DNA of 62,415 nucleotides, the filler included, from Choristocarpus tenellus KU-1152 (Eukaryota; Protista; Phaeophyceae), in the NCBI GenBank assembly GCA_964200185.2. It is 12 parts of 12 records of this genome, joined end to end, with 100 filler letters (N's around TTAATTAATTAA, not from the genome) between each part and the next. Parts side by side here need not be neighbours in the genome. Positions count along the whole stretch, not along the records: positions 49,676 to 52,286 come from CAXNAD020026292.1; positions 52,387 to 56,358 come from CAXNAD020016849.1; positions 56,459 to 62,415 come from CAXNAD020009314.1; 9 more parts are not named here. The stretch is one strand, 5' to 3'. Shown piece after piece: positions 49,864 through 62,415 of the stretch. Numbering within the stretch: the first letter of the stretch is position 1; the number at the start of each line of letters is the position of its first letter. A program made the translations under genes and the position numbers. The notes beneath the pieces are model-generated. The model did no database searches. It was given only the letters and a program-made list of their open reading frames with translations, and was not told the DNA's origin.

Positions 49864-51807
49864 ATATTCTCGAAGACTACCACTGGTGCCTCCATCACAG
49901 TAACGGGATCCACTTTCCTCTCCAATATCGCCATGTCCAAGGGAGGTGCTATCGTAGCTCATGGACCCTCGACCTCCCTAAGGGTGCATAACTGCACTTT
50001 CTCTGGTAACAAGGCGTTTGGTCTTGGCCCTGATATACAGGCTGGGGCTGGGGGGAGCATCTATGCAGGCCGTGATGTGGTAGTGCATGTGAGCCAATCT
50101 CACTTCGAGGCGGGTGTCGCGGTGTACGGGGGCGGAGCCCTATTCCTGTGCGGTGGAAGAATAGATGACTCTACCTTTACTCGGAACGAGGCGAACACGG
50201 CTTTCGGTGCAGTGGTCAGCGGAGCATTTCCTGAGGAAGTAGGGCCATGTCCGGCGCTTCAAGTGACTCGCTGCTTGTTCGATAGTAATGAGGCAGTACT
50301 GGGGAACGGGGGTGCAATAGCTGTCGTGGAGAGCTCCTTTCTGTTGGAAAATTCGTCGATCACCAACAACAAGGGCGGTGGGGTATACTTCGGTGTCTCT
50401 GATTGGTCGGGGAGAGACAGCATCGAGGTGAGATATATGCAATGTTGTGCTACTGTGTACTTCGGAGTAGTAGTGAGATATCTGAGCATGTTAGTGTGTG
50501 GCTTGGTTTCATATATACACACGAGGTAGGGAAAAAGGGGGTGATGTTATCTTGTGCACATACGCCTCCTGTGGCGCATACTGTAGCGTCCTCAGACATC
50601 GTGAGTGAAACAATGAAAAGTGCAACCAGATGTTCTACCTCTTTAAGGATTTTCTCACTTGTTATTGTGATATGTGAATAAGCCAATATTCTAAGATGTA
50701 CACATCTTTCAACGATCCAGTGATACCTCGTCACTTTATGCAACCTCTGTGTATTACTTTTATTTGTTGATGAGATTGCAGCTTGCTCTCATCTACTTCC
50801 CTTTTCTGCTTCCACCTGAATACCACCCATCTACACCAACATTAGCAGGACACAACATTTCCTAATGGATGCCCGACTTCCTCACCCTGTCTGAAGACAT
50901 TGTTATTCTTTAAAATAGTATCTTTTCACTAACATCAAAGCACTTCAAGAAATTTAGCAGGAGTCCAGAGGTAGATGCTGGTTCTGTCTCCAACAAAAAT
51001 ATTAGAAATACCTAGGTTCTAAATAGTACACAACGCAAAGCCCTCCGAATTTTCATCTCTTTCACAAATTTAATCCACAATCCCCTGATACATTGGTAAC
51101 CACCCCTTATGCTATCAACCCACACACAGCTGGTAAGGACACACTTTGAGTACAACGAGGGGTCTGAATTCTCACCCAGAGTGGTTGGAGCCTCTGTGCT
51201 GCTGGAGGTCACCAATGGCTCGATCTCCACACCTCCCACTGCAGGCCCCCCGCCAGATGCCTCCACTACTATTGATCTTGGGTGGTGGGCTGAAGAACTC
51301 TTCTGTTTCTCAAACAAACCATATGAGTGTGAGGTGTACTGGGCAGGAGGTGGATCTCTATTGGTTAGAAAGGGCGATTTGAGGTGTAACTCCTGTGGGG
51401 GTGAGAGCTTCGCATTTCCCTATGGCAGGTGGGAAGCAGGTAGATTTTTTTCAACATCAGTGTCCTCGTCCCCAACTGGGTCTGATGATAGTTTTGATGA
51501 TGATGCATCATCAGAAGCGACTCCTTCCCCGACAACAGAGGAAGAACGTGTGGTGGGTTCATCTGAAGATGGGATGGCAGGAAATTTGCTCAGCAACACG
51601 TGGGTGGCCGCCATTTTGGCAGGGGCATTGGTAGTGGCATTGATAGCCTGCGTGGGAGTGGCGAGGTGGAAAGTTGAGGACATACGATCATCAAGAGTAG
51701 TACCTGCTCCCGGCCATCTGATGGAGGACCAAAATGGCATTGATGGTGATATTGTGGAGGGAAAAGGAAATTGTTCACCAGCTTCCCTCTCTAACTTCAA
51801 ACAGTAG
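49864..51807 (+). CDS. Right-handed beta-helix (pectin-lyase fold, polymorphic-membrane-protein-like GGAI/FxxN repeats) single-pass membrane protein, last two exons
   Basis: Exons 49864-50427 and 51130-51807, phase 0. Repeats FLSN..GGAI, FSGN..GGSI, GGGAL, FTRN and FDSN..GGAI, then an S/T/D-rich stalk and TM segment WVAAILAGALVVALIACVGVA. Confidence 0.85.
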
Positions 51808-52129
51808 CGTGTGGAGAACCAAGGTGGAGGTGAGGCAGTTAGAGTTGATGACGCGGGCAGGGTTGCTAATGCTTGATATGGAGAGCAAATGGCGCAATCA
51901 GCAGATCCCTACTCCAGCGTAACTGCTTAAACAGAAAAATGAACTGGGTAAGGTTGGACAATTCCATCAATTATCTATGATAGTTTATGAAGTACTAGGA
52001 GAGTAGGGGTGAAGATAATCATGCTGATATCAAAATTGGAAAGTTGTTTTGGGGAAATCAGAAGTAACATTTATGTAATACGGAGATAAGATGGGAATCT
52101 GGGAACTATCTCTTGCCATGTTAACTGAA

Positions 52130-52286
52130 GGCTCAAAGTATCTGGGGGGGTGGCGATTGTCCATTTGGGGTCAATTTTTTCAAGTCGAGATTTTTTGGTA
52201 ATGTGGTTGCATACATCGGATGGATAATTAAGCGCACTTTTCCTTGTTAAGGCCCAAATGGACACCCTGGTGTAGACCCCCCCCCC
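52130..52286 (-). mobile_element. MITE family A, nearly full copy in reverse orientation
   Basis: GGCTCAAAGTATCTGGGGGG...GTCCATTTGGGGTC...CCCAAATGGACACCCTGGTGTAGACCCC. Confidence 0.9.
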
Positions 52287-52386
52287 NNNNNNNNNNNNNN
52301 NNNNNNNNNNNNNNNNNNNNNNNNNNNNNNTTAATTAATTAANNNNNNNNNNNNNNNNNNNNNNNNNNNNNNNNNNNNNNNNNNNN

Positions 52387-52645
52387 ATCCCAAGAATCCA
52401 ACAGACCCCTCCCTGCCCATCTCCCTGGTGACTCTAGTTTGAAGCACATGACACGTCGAGACAATGCCACTTGCGTAGTCACCGCAACAATTTGGCGTAG
52501 CCTGGATTTAACTAATCCTTTCCGGCAGTATCCTCCCGCTCCTCTCCCCACTACCATGTCAGTAGCTAGCTCATCCAGGAAGCATTCCGCTTGCTTGCCG
52601 AGGCGCCCAAAACGTTCCACCGCAAATGTGTTGAGGTTATATTTA
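52387..52645 (-). mobile_element. 3' fragment of a restriction-like-endonuclease (CRE/NeSL-type) non-LTR retrotransposon
   Basis: YNLNTFAVERFGRLGKQAECFLDELA...RLRQIVAVTTQVALSRRV; homologous to ~58360-58620. Confidence 0.75.
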
Positions 52646-53744
52646 CTGTACACATCGACACACCCTTGCAAATGAAGCCTCTCGAAAAATATTCTCTTGA
52701 GAAGTTTTAACTGATGTGACAATATTTGACACTCGCTGAAATGATAGCACCATTTTGGAATATGCAGAAAATAAGAAATTACAAAATGTGTGCCGATCGC
52801 TTAATAGCATGTGGCGTTATATAGCAAAAAAAATCATCAACTCCCCAAATTCTCACACAATTCCGAAATCATTCATGTATAGTGAGTTGTGGGTAGTGAG
52901 ACCTTGTCACCAAAAGCAGTAGGTTGTTCGGGTTCTGTGACCTCCCCAAGACCTTCAATCGTGCTTCTTGAATTGTAATTTTTTTAAATGATGACCGAAG
53001 AACCTTTTGGTAGATCAGTCGCTCGGTTAATCCAATTGATTGAGCTGATACCGATTGAAGTGTCTGTTGGGGTTTGTAACACTACGATTTGGGGAAGTCC
53101 TTAAAATGTCTCACCCATGACAACGTGTTGAGAATACATCATGGTATTCTCCGTAGCCTGCCCGTCTCGTCAGATGAAAGGAAGGGAGGAGCTATTTTTT
53201 TATTCCCTTCCATAATGAAGCTTTCGACATGACAATATCCAGCCAGGTTGATCCCCTTACAGAATTATGCGCGTTCTTCCATCTTCCTGTTGTAGGGAAC
53301 GAAACGTTCTCATCGGAGGATCCCATTTTGTCAGGCACTTAATCAGGCACCTTACGTATATTATATATATATATATATTGTTCAGAAGGTTGGTTTGTGT
53401 TACACCACAAGGTTCCATCCGAATTTTCTTTCCCTAGCTGATAATCCTCCACAATCTTCAATCTTATCTCAATACTGACACACCATCCTTCACTGGTGAT
53501 TTTGTGTATTCCTATATATCGACCCTAATTTTACGGAAACACAGGACGCACAAAATATTTCCTACAATTGTTCACCATAAACAAGATGCTCCTGTGTGAA
53601 ACATTTAGTGTCCTTGGGAATTCGCTTCATTGCTTCTTTACCACCTCTATTGATTTGGTTCTCTACAAAATCATTATTTTTGACCAGTCTCGTTCTCCAA
53701 ACTTCCTTTTGACAGGCCAACTCATTCGAAATATATATATTAAT

Positions 53745-53840
53745 TATTATGCCCTCTCACATTTTCCAGATGTGGTAAAAAAAAACTAATGAAAACTATT
53801 CACATTTTTGACAAAATATTGTGAAGAATAACGATCACTA
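53745..53840. repeat. Dispersed ~90-bp repeat shared with ~58151-58245
   Basis: TTATGCCCTCTCACATTTT..AGATGT....AAAAACTAAT.AA.ACT.TTCACAT at both loci. Confidence 0.6.
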
Positions 53841-54053
53841 CCCTTCATCCCACAACGATATTTGAAAATATATCATTATTTATGTATTAATCCTAACCAA
53901 ACATCGGGAAAGATATCTTCGGACTAATCCATGATTTTATGGTTCTATTTCAAAACACAAGTTGCATCTAACTTGTTTTCCATGAACGTGAACGCCCCCA
54001 ATTGCCAAACATATATTTCAAAGACAACATCGTAGTAGTGGTCCAATCTCAAG

Positions 54054-56132
54054 ATGCTTCCTCATACCTACAGCGCAAGGACAAGGACGACAGCTCCAAG
54101 TCTCCTTATGCTCCAGAGACTGCAGGAACAAGGTTATAAGGAACAGACGATGGCCTTCCTTAGCATGGATGGAGGTTTCTTGCCCCGTTCTCCCCTGCCT
54201 GTACTCCCAGATTCTCACCAACTCTGGGAAACCATAGGCGCTTCTTTGCCATCCATGTGTATATCGAGGGACTACACCAGCATCATCTCCATGCCGGAGC
54301 TGAGCGCCGAAACCGAGGACCTTCCAGACAAGCATGTATTGCGAGCCAACGCATTGCTGGGGGCGATGGCTCACGCCATGAAGAACATGTCCCTAGGCGA
54401 CACTGACATCCCTCAGTGTGTGCTTCGTCCATGGACATGTCTCGGTGAACGAATGGACAGACCAACCACTAGCTTTAATTCCTTGGATTGGTTCGTCTAT
54501 AACTTTGATTATGTACCCGAGCGATACTGTGGAAGTCCCGAGCAAGGAGGACAGGTCGAGATCACCAATAGCTGGGTACAGCTCAAACCAGCTGTGATGG
54601 CCTGTGGTGGTATGGTAAGCCCACTTTGTTATATCGTTGATTTAAATGCTTGAAGTTGCTTCATCTTCAATGTTACTACGCTGCTGCTGTCATCACTGCA
54701 TTCTACAGCGTTGTAGAGTAGTACTCGAGTCATTTCCTAAGACCTGGAACAACCCACGAGCGGTAAGGTTCTGTGGATAAGCTCTCGACATAGAAAGAAT
54801 CCGTCGAAGGATACCGCTTCTCTTTAATATCAGCGCCATGCCTCTTCCGTGCTTCGTCCACAGGGTGAGTACAACTTCATCGTCTCTTGCCACATGATTG
54901 AAAGAAGCGCCGCTCGACTGCCGGGCGTCGTAGCTCGTGCCCAACAGGCAATCCTCTCCAACAACCCGGACGCCCTCCGTGTAGAGCTACGCAACCTGCT
55001 CACTATCGTGGAGCGGATGGCAAAGGCTTTCCTCGGAAGTTCCCCATGCCCAATGTCGTCGAATTATGTCGACCAGGTCACATGGGGTCAAGGTGATTGA
55101 TTTGGAGCATTGGTTCAACAAAATTAGGAATAAAAATTGCATGTTCAACATCCGTAGAACAAATTACTCTTGGTTTGGTAAGAGTCCTTGCTCCCAGCCT
55201 CGCGCATGCTCCCTCATTACACACAGTTCTGCAACACTTGTCTCAAGTTGTCACTGCTGCGGATGGTTTTGTGAACCTCAAGCAACTATCAACCGGTTGA
55301 AATGTTCGATTAGACTCTTCCAACTCTGTCGGACAGTTACGGTAAAATATGTATGGAGTAAAGGAACAATCAATTAGTGGTTGAGTTATCAGAACCTTTT
55401 ACTAGTGATTAGTTGTATGAGAAAAAACTCATATAAAAGGAAATATTTCTGATTTTATGGGGTGCTGCATCCCCCACTTAACTTTAATCAATCACTCTAC
55501 AGACACCAAGCAATCTCGCTGGGTCTACCACCTTTATCTTCTTAGATGATTTGGGAGATACATTAACATGAAACCTTCAGTAGCTTGTGGATGGACACGA
55601 GAGCAGTCTAGTATAGAGTGTCTTCGACCATGGGAACATGATATATCCTCCAGACTAAAATGACAAAATAGAGTAAGAAAATATCGTCAGTCGACAATGT
55701 TGTAATTCTGTCAGTGGGTGGGCAGGTTTCGTACAGCTCTTCCCTCACATGCGCATCATCCCTACTTGAAAAACATGAGTCTTGCGGCTTACATGTCTCA
55801 TACGTAGCCCAGAAACAGTACATTTTGTTGCAATCACTGGCAACAATCCTTTCATTGTAGTTGCTGTTTGACTTGAGCAATAATTTGTGTTTATCCTCCT
55901 CTTCTCCCCCATACGCTCTACTTCCCAAATCCATTGCCACTTGGGTTTTCCGCCAAAACAAACTAGTGATTGGACGATGTGGATCTGCTGTGGTAGCTAA
56001 TGAAAAGACAATTTCAGGTCTACTTTTCCCAAGTATCCACCTCTTGGATGCCTTCCTGGGACGTGACCCTGGCAATGACTACAAGTCGGACATGGGAGTC
56101 CTGGCCTCTACCGACCTCAAGTGGTTACCCAA
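54054..56132 (+). CDS. IDO/PrnB-like heme-dependent aromatic oxygenase domain protein, three exons, 3'-partial
   Basis: Exons 54054-54614, 54864-55092 and 55967-56132 (GT-AG, phases consistent). Motifs FLS..GGFLP..PL..LP..HQLW...LP, LRA..LLGAMAHA, IPQCVLRPW...RMDRP...VYNF, EYNF...H.IE and SGLLFPSIHLLDAFLG. Confidence 0.75.
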
Positions 56133-56315
56133 GTATGTACGAAGGTCCTGTTTGGTTAATGCTAGTAGGCATTGTATCTGCATATGTCATATTGAGGGTT
56201 CTCTTGTGTTAAAGTCACCACTCGTGACAGAGGAGATAGACCTGCCTTTCTTTCAGAGTTCCATTGCTTCATTGCATGGTGTGCGATTCCGTTTCTTGAT
56301 AATGTATTTAGGTGT

Positions 56316-56358
56316 GACCCGAAATATCTGGGGAGGGGGGGGGGTCTACACCAGGGTG
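56316..56358 (+). mobile_element. MITE family A left terminus
   Basis: GACCCGAAATATCTGGGGAGGGGGGGGGTCTACACCAGGGTG. Confidence 0.8.
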
Positions 56359-58299
56359 NNNNNNNNNNNNNNNNNNNNNNNNNNNNNNNNNNNNNNNNNN
56401 NNTTAATTAATTAANNNNNNNNNNNNNNNNNNNNNNNNNNNNNNNNNNNNNNNNNNNNTTTAGGGGGTGTGGAGGGAGGGGGGGGGGGGAGGGGGGGGGG
56501 ACTCAATGTCTCGAGTTGAGTCGTTCTTACATGTATAATGAATAATGAGGGTATTGCAATGTTATTTGGGAGAATGTTGGTATTGTGTGGAAATGCCACC
56601 ACTGGCGGGGAGCAAAGTGACTACATTTGTGCTTTGGAGTTGGGAGTGATGTGTAGCAAGGACATGGGTGCAAGTCCATGTGTGGGCCTCTCCTGAGGAA
56701 GCTCCGCCCATTGCTTGTTAGTTGCGCCCTGTATGTTTGGGGTTGGGTAGTCTTTTGCCACCTTCACTGCATACATGTATGTGGTATGTGTGTGTGCGTA
56801 TGTTCTTTACTTCTTGGAGGAAGTCCTTTGGAAGGACAATCTTGGGGAATGAAAAGAACACAAAGAATGATCGAGTGATAGTAATTTCTGTTGGAATAAT
56901 TAAGCTTGCCTTGTTTTAACCCTCTAGGGGTCAAGTGTGCATAGGCCATACGGGTTGTGCTTGTTGTGGTAGGTGTAGGTAGGTCTGTTTACCTGTCAAT
57001 CTGTCAGTGTGTGTGCTCTTCTATGTTTGTGGTGATTGATTTGTTGGGATGGTCGCAATATATTGGGCTCTTTTCTATGCCCAGAGCAGATAGGCTGTTG
57101 TCTGGAGGAGTACGTCGAGGAGGTTTACCCAGAGCGCTGTGGAGAAGGATGTCGTAATAGCATCTCGCTCCTATTGATGGTTGGAGTGCACTGATTAAAG
57201 GGTCTTGGTTGTAGAGAATCAGGGTGCAATTAGAGGCTCTATGTGAGATGGCTTAGGAACCCACAGGAGAGAGAGCTGCTATAGACAGCACAATCAATGC
57301 TGGCACTCTATCCCTACCCCTCCGATCAATGTTGACCAATATCATGGCTGGGAGACGATGTTCCTGGGTATCAGTCTGGAGATTGGTTACTCTTTGATTG
57401 CATTCTTACCGTTATGAGAGCTGTCTGTGTCTGTGCGTTAATGATTTGAGGTGGTTGTTATTGATCGACCCCCCCTTAACCATAGGATCCCCTCTGATGA
57501 TGACAATATATGTTTTTTGTCTTGGCGTAGTTAGAGAGAGATATATATATGTACCATAGCAGTGACATACGAAGTAATGACAATGGAAGATGAAAGGGAA
57601 GAGGCATGCGACCGTAGTATCCAAGAACCCTAACCCTATCCGGGTAATACGATTTTTTTACCACTGCAACAAAGTCCTAGGTGTTTGGCAATGTTGAATA
57701 CCCTATCCGTTTCACCATAATTCACTATCCGATAGTGCCAGCAACAGCAGTGATGAAACTGATCGTTTGCAGTCAAAGTTCGGATGCGACTGGGCATTGA
57801 AAGTAAGATTGTTTTGAAGATCTTGAAGTAATGATTCCAATCAGAGTACGCCTTCCGAGATATTTTAAACACCTACTTGCAAATAATAATAATGGACAAA
57901 AAAAACTCCATGATGCACAAGTCGCCAAGTAGGCTGGATCTCTCGCTTCGATTATTATTTTGATAAGTATCATTCACCATCGTATAAAATGAACTGAGGA
58001 ACGATAGACCTCCTCAATGGGCATGACAATGACAAAAGGACAGATAGTCAAGAAGTACAAATATATAAATCTAGGACTCCAAGGTGTAATTGGCGTTATG
58101 AAACCACCATCAACACATATCGCCTGACATATATATGCAGTATTTCACTTTTATGCCCTCTCACATTTTGGAGATGTATCAGGGGAAAAACTAATCAACA
58201 CTGTTCACATGTCAGAAAAATCCCTAACGAAGTAACAGTTGTCACAAATGTGAAAGACGTTAATCTATTTGCTATTTTACTACCATCTATGTTGTACCA

Positions 58300-59590
58300 C
58301 TCACTGCCCTCTTGTGTCTCCAACCTACCTATTCCGGTACCCCAGGGTGAGGGCCTAGGGGAGCATCCCAAGAATCTAACAAGCCCCTCCTTGTCTATCT
58401 CTCTGGTGACTAGCTTAAAATGCATGACCCGCCTAGACAGGGCTACCTGCATTGTGGCAGAGACTATTTGTCGTAGGTAGGATTTGATCATCCCTTTTCT
58501 GTAATAACCTCCAGTTCCTCTCCCCCCTAGTGCATGTGTAGCTAGCTCATTCAGGAAATGTTCCGCTTGCTTGCCGAGGCGCCCAAATCTTTCACCGCGA
58601 AGGTGTTGAGGTTATAACTACGAGGATAAAAAGAGCCCTCATAGTGGGTGTGCTTTCGCGCCTCAGCTGGAGCAACAGCTATACCATTGCTGGTGGATGA
58701 GTGTGGGAGGTGGGAGGTTACCTGCACTTCTGTAAACGTAACATCTAGCAGGAGGCCTTTGTCCCGGTAGGGGGCTGATCCTGCGTGCGCGAGTGCCTCT
58801 GCATGAAAGACTAGATCCATGCGGAAATTCCTGTCTACAGTGAAGACGCTACCATGCTTTGTAGTGCAAGGGATGGCCATCCGTAGCATATTTGACTTAG
58901 ATTTTTCACCATAGGGGTGTGATGCCGCACATGGCCCCCTGCCCTGGGGCAGGTATGAGCATGTGTGGTGTCGGCATTTTGCCTCCTACAACCAGTCACT
59001 GGGCGCCTGTTTGACAGGGCCTCCTGCCTCCCTAGGGATCTTCTGGCAGCGAGTTTGAACTTTGCAGGGAGGATCTCGCATGCTGGCTCCAGGGGTTGTG
59101 TTGAGGCCCATGCATTTGCCCCTTGTCCCGAATGGTTCCGGTGGCGTGCCAGGGCTAGTGAGGAGCTTTTCTTCCCCTGTTGCACTTCGTATTGTAGACT
59201 GGCTAATTGTGTCCAGAAGGAGTCAAAACGGACCCTGTTCAGGAGGCGAGTGATCTCGTGTTGAGCCCTCCTTGAGATCCTGGTGTCATGAGCTGCTAGG
59301 ATGTGAACCTCCGGGAAAGGTGTGGGGGGTGTTATTCCCCCCAGGTTACCCAGTCTTGGTCAATGATTTCCGCCAGGTCTTCTGAGGGGACACCTTTAAA
59401 GAGGAGGGTGTGAGTGGACGATCCTAAGGCCCGTACTGTGGGGCTCGCACAAACGGCTTGTGAAAAGGACTCACCACGAGGCTCTTGCTGCCTTGCTAGG
59501 AGGGTGGGGAGAGTCGCCACTAGTGATTCTATTAATGCTGCTTGTTGGCAGTGTTTCACAGAGGAGAGACCTAACCCCCCACTCTTGTGG
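58300..59590 (-). mobile_element. 5'-truncated RLE-type (CRE/NeSL-like) non-LTR retrotransposon, degenerate
   Basis: Zn-knuckle-like GCRRQNADTTHAHTCP..GG..RHH, RLE core FRMDLV...GLLLDVT...AEARKHTHY...YNLNTFAV and C-terminal RQIVSATMQVALSRRV; frameshifted. Confidence 0.8.
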
Positions 59591-59816
59591 GCATCTGTGC
59601 CTGTACTTCTGGGTGGGTCTCTAGGCGGAGAGACCCACTGTTACACCCCCCTTCAAAAATGTCAGTCACCTCTGTCGAGTCTGCAACCTCCATGAAGTTT
59701 TTTGTTGTATAAATAGTGGTCATAACCTTATTGTTAGTTTGAGGTATTGATTAATGAGTTGGTTATACAGCTATATCCTTCAGTGCAATAAATACGTTAT
59801 GTTTTTTTTGCTTACA

Positions 59817-60074
59817 GAGTGAAAGTATGTTAAAGGGTAGGAGATTTGCCCTGTTTGTCCATTTGGGACTTGGCTTCCCATGTTTTGTTTTTTTACATTT
59901 TCCAACTCCAATATATTTCAGAGTAGGCAAAATGTGTACGTTATGAAAAGCTGTGTTCGGAAAATGAATATTGACATCTCCTAACAAGCACGATAGCCAA
60001 AATAATATCAAAATTGCAACATTAGATTTTTCTCCCAAATGGACACTGCTCTACCCTCTAAGATACTTTGACTC
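59817..60074 (+). mobile_element. MITE family B, full copy (258 bp), in a TMEM260 intron
   Basis: GAGTGAAAGTATGTTAAAGGGTAGG...CTACCCTCTAAGATACTTTGACTC. Confidence 0.9.
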
Positions 60075-60201
60075 TTGATTTATACACTTCCTAAGCACCA
60101 CATCAAATGCCTACTGGGCATTGTTTTCTCAACACAAAATGAAATGGATTGGTAGAGTATGATGCAGGATAAGTAGCGAGGTTCATAGCCCATCCACTTA
60201 C

Positions 60202-62011
60202 CCAACGAAGATAAAGAGTGAGTAGAGGCCGGTACCAAAGAACACAAACACAAATATGTTGGGTTGCATCCAGAAGCGCGCATGGATCCCAAAGAGTAGT
60301 GGGTCAGCAAGGGGCATGTTGGATAGCCAGTGGAATACCACCAGATAGAACACAAGCGCCACAAGCAGCACTGCAGATACACTGGACCCTTCATCATCCC
60401 ATCCTCCTATTGTTGATGCCCAAGTTTTCTTCTTTCCCTCTGTCTTATGCTCATCTTGTTCGCCACTGTTGTTTTCTACAATGCTGACCTTCGCCCCCTT
60501 CACTCCATTCGTCCCACTGTCAACTGTAACCACCTCTGAACAATTATCTATCCTAGCTCCCGATCCTAGTGAGGACTTGCAGGAGAACGAATTATCTGCT
60601 TCACCCTTTGGAAAACTTCGCACCTCTTTGTCACATCTGTTGAATGATATATGCAATAGAAGACATATCATTCCCAGTGTCGCAATTGCTGGCACGAGTC
60701 CTTGCACCCCTTGGCGGGCTGACAGATTGACACCCCACAGGGTTAGTCGTCTAAGCAAAAGGTGCTGACCCTCGGCCAAGCTACCAGAGTAGAGACGGAA
60801 GCTCCCATAGTCTCCGCGGCGGATATGATGTAGTAACCCTGACCAGTTGGTGACATCGCCCCACGAGCCCGACTGAGGTGAGATGTGGGCTGCAAGTGGG
60901 AGGTATGCGTAGGGGGTGATTCCCATGAAAAAGGAGATGGTCAGGCAACTGAGGTCCACAGTCAGTGTGCGCCATGGTTTAGGGTGATGACGACACCGGC
61001 AAACACTGAGCTGCCATGCAACCCACAAAGCCAGTGGGAGAATACAAAGCACAGCTGTGTGCTGGTTGCTGAGGGCCAGTCCACAAGTTAGTGCACCAAA
61101 GGCGGCACGGTTGCGGGTCCGATTCCTGGCAAAGCACAGAGTGAGGCATATGATCAGAGCCACCAGGAAATTGTTGAGAGCGAAGACCTCTGCAGTCACG
61201 GAGTATTGCCACACTAACGGCGAGAATGCCAACAATGCACCACCAGACACAGAGGCAAGGGACATTATTATATGACTTGGCCATGAACTCGTCCGGCCAA
61301 GAGTTGGATTGAGACGCTTGCAGAGAAGGGCAATAGCATGAGCAATGCAGACGGCCGAGAGAGCGCCAAAGAGAGCAGCCAGTGCGTTGGCACACCATGC
61401 GGGAGACGCTCTTCCATCGGTTCCTGCACCTGGTCGTAGACCAGCTGCCATTAAGAGTCCGGGGAGGATTTGGATGACTGCGTAGTTCAACAAGGTCAGA
61501 AGAGGATACCCTGGAGGGTGAATGGTACCCAGGTGACATGACTCAGCCACGAGCTCGCCGGAATCACCACCTGCTATGCCTGGAGCAACTGTTGAAAGGT
61601 AGACAGCGAACGTGATCATGCAAAACATAGCGAGCAGACCTGGCGGAAACGAAAAGAGACATTGAGCGAGGTGTTGAGCATCCAACCGTGCGAAGACCAT
61701 GCCAAAGATTCGCTGCGCATAAGGTCGAAAGATTCGTTGATTTGATCTCCACACAAACACATGATTTTCCGGGGGGTGAAATCAACACAGTTGATAAGAC
61801 TAGGACTCGGTGATCGACCCTTTCTTTATCACTGAAGGGTGCCAAGATTGTCGTATCATCTTGATATCCACCTTGATCAGATCTTTAGATACTCACCACG
61901 TCCAGGGAGCCAGTCCTCAGCGCCATGCTCCCCATCCTCTTGCTGCAGTATCCCTTCTTTTGGAGCGGTCTCACTGAACGCTGGTGCCCTCTGCAGCTGC
62001 GGAGTAGACAT
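60202..62011 (-). CDS. TMEM260: TMEM260 / DUF2723 protein O-mannosyltransferase-family membrane protein, first two exons
   Basis: Exon 62011-61897 (ATG...CGT G|GTGAGT) and exon 61639-60202. Motifs GGDSGELV, HPPGYPL, WQYSVTAEVFALNN, GLALSNQHT, GSWGD, RGDYGSFRL and RFWMQP. Confidence 0.92.
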
Positions 62012-62189
62012 CGACCTCTATGCCAGTGACTCAAGATTACTTTGTTTGATCGTGTAGTTCGTTCAAGGAGTATCGCTCAGGTGTGGACGGACGACGGGCG
62101 AATTCCAAATTATTATGTTGGTGGATCTGATAAAACGAAGTTCTACACACACAAATTATATACCATCAATGATGTAACAATAAATCTCC

Positions 62190-62415
62190 TCTATGAAACA
62201 CCGCCAACATGCGGCTTTCGTAGCATCACTGGTGGCTACTCTCTCCACCCTCCTAGCAAGGCAGCAAGGGCCTCGTGGCGAGCCCTTCTCACAAGCTGTT
62301 TGCACGAGCCCCACAATACAGGCTCTAGGATCGTCCATTTATACCCTCCTTTCTACAGGTATTCCCTCAGAAGACCTTGTAGAAATCATTGGCCAAGACT
62401 GGGTAACCTGGGGGG
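62190..62415 (-). mobile_element. Another fragment of the RLE-type LINE
   Basis: Inverse-order match is absent; this is a local homologue of ~59340-59560 (KACWRCF / ACWQCF, TACEKGSPRG / TACEKDSPRG), lying on the opposite strand relative to that copy. Confidence 0.7.

Noticed and set aside
60198-61760. 520-aa ORF as an intronless, prokaryote-like gene
   Set aside because: It is a 1438-nt internal exon with AG/GT boundaries and a phase-compatible upstream exon.
49864-62011. Functional cluster of surface protein, IDO-like enzyme and TMEM260
   Set aside because: The genes lie on separate, artificially concatenated contigs.

Overview
Eukaryotic, intron-rich DNA that looks like a stramenopile, probably a brown alga or close relative (inferred from gene content, intron sizes and repeat types). 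The window is 12 contigs joined by eleven artificial 100-bp linkers (44N-TTAATTAATTAA-44N), so neighbourhood across gaps carries no information. Partial spliced host genes: condensin NCAPD2/Cnd1, an AhpD/CMD-like protein, a TLDc protein, a Stf0-type sulfotransferase, two coiled-coil proteins, a GGAI/FxxN beta-helix surface protein, an IDO/PrnB-like heme enzyme and TMEM260. Mobile DNA: two related MITE families sharing the core AAAGTATCT, a mariner transposase pseudogene, pogo-like and hAT remnants, a TA-flanked fold-back element and truncated RLE-type LINEs. The most unusual segment is contig 2 (3377-10312). It holds a decayed, intron-containing gene of roughly 800 codons with a ParB/Srx-type DGQHR motif. 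Upstream of that gene lie a 233-bp repeat and an array of about 23 77/78-bp units (155-bp dimers), each with a conserved inverted repeat. This is a candidate eukaryotic ParB/parS-like module on a large mobile element. All protein calls come from motif recognition by eye; no searches were run.
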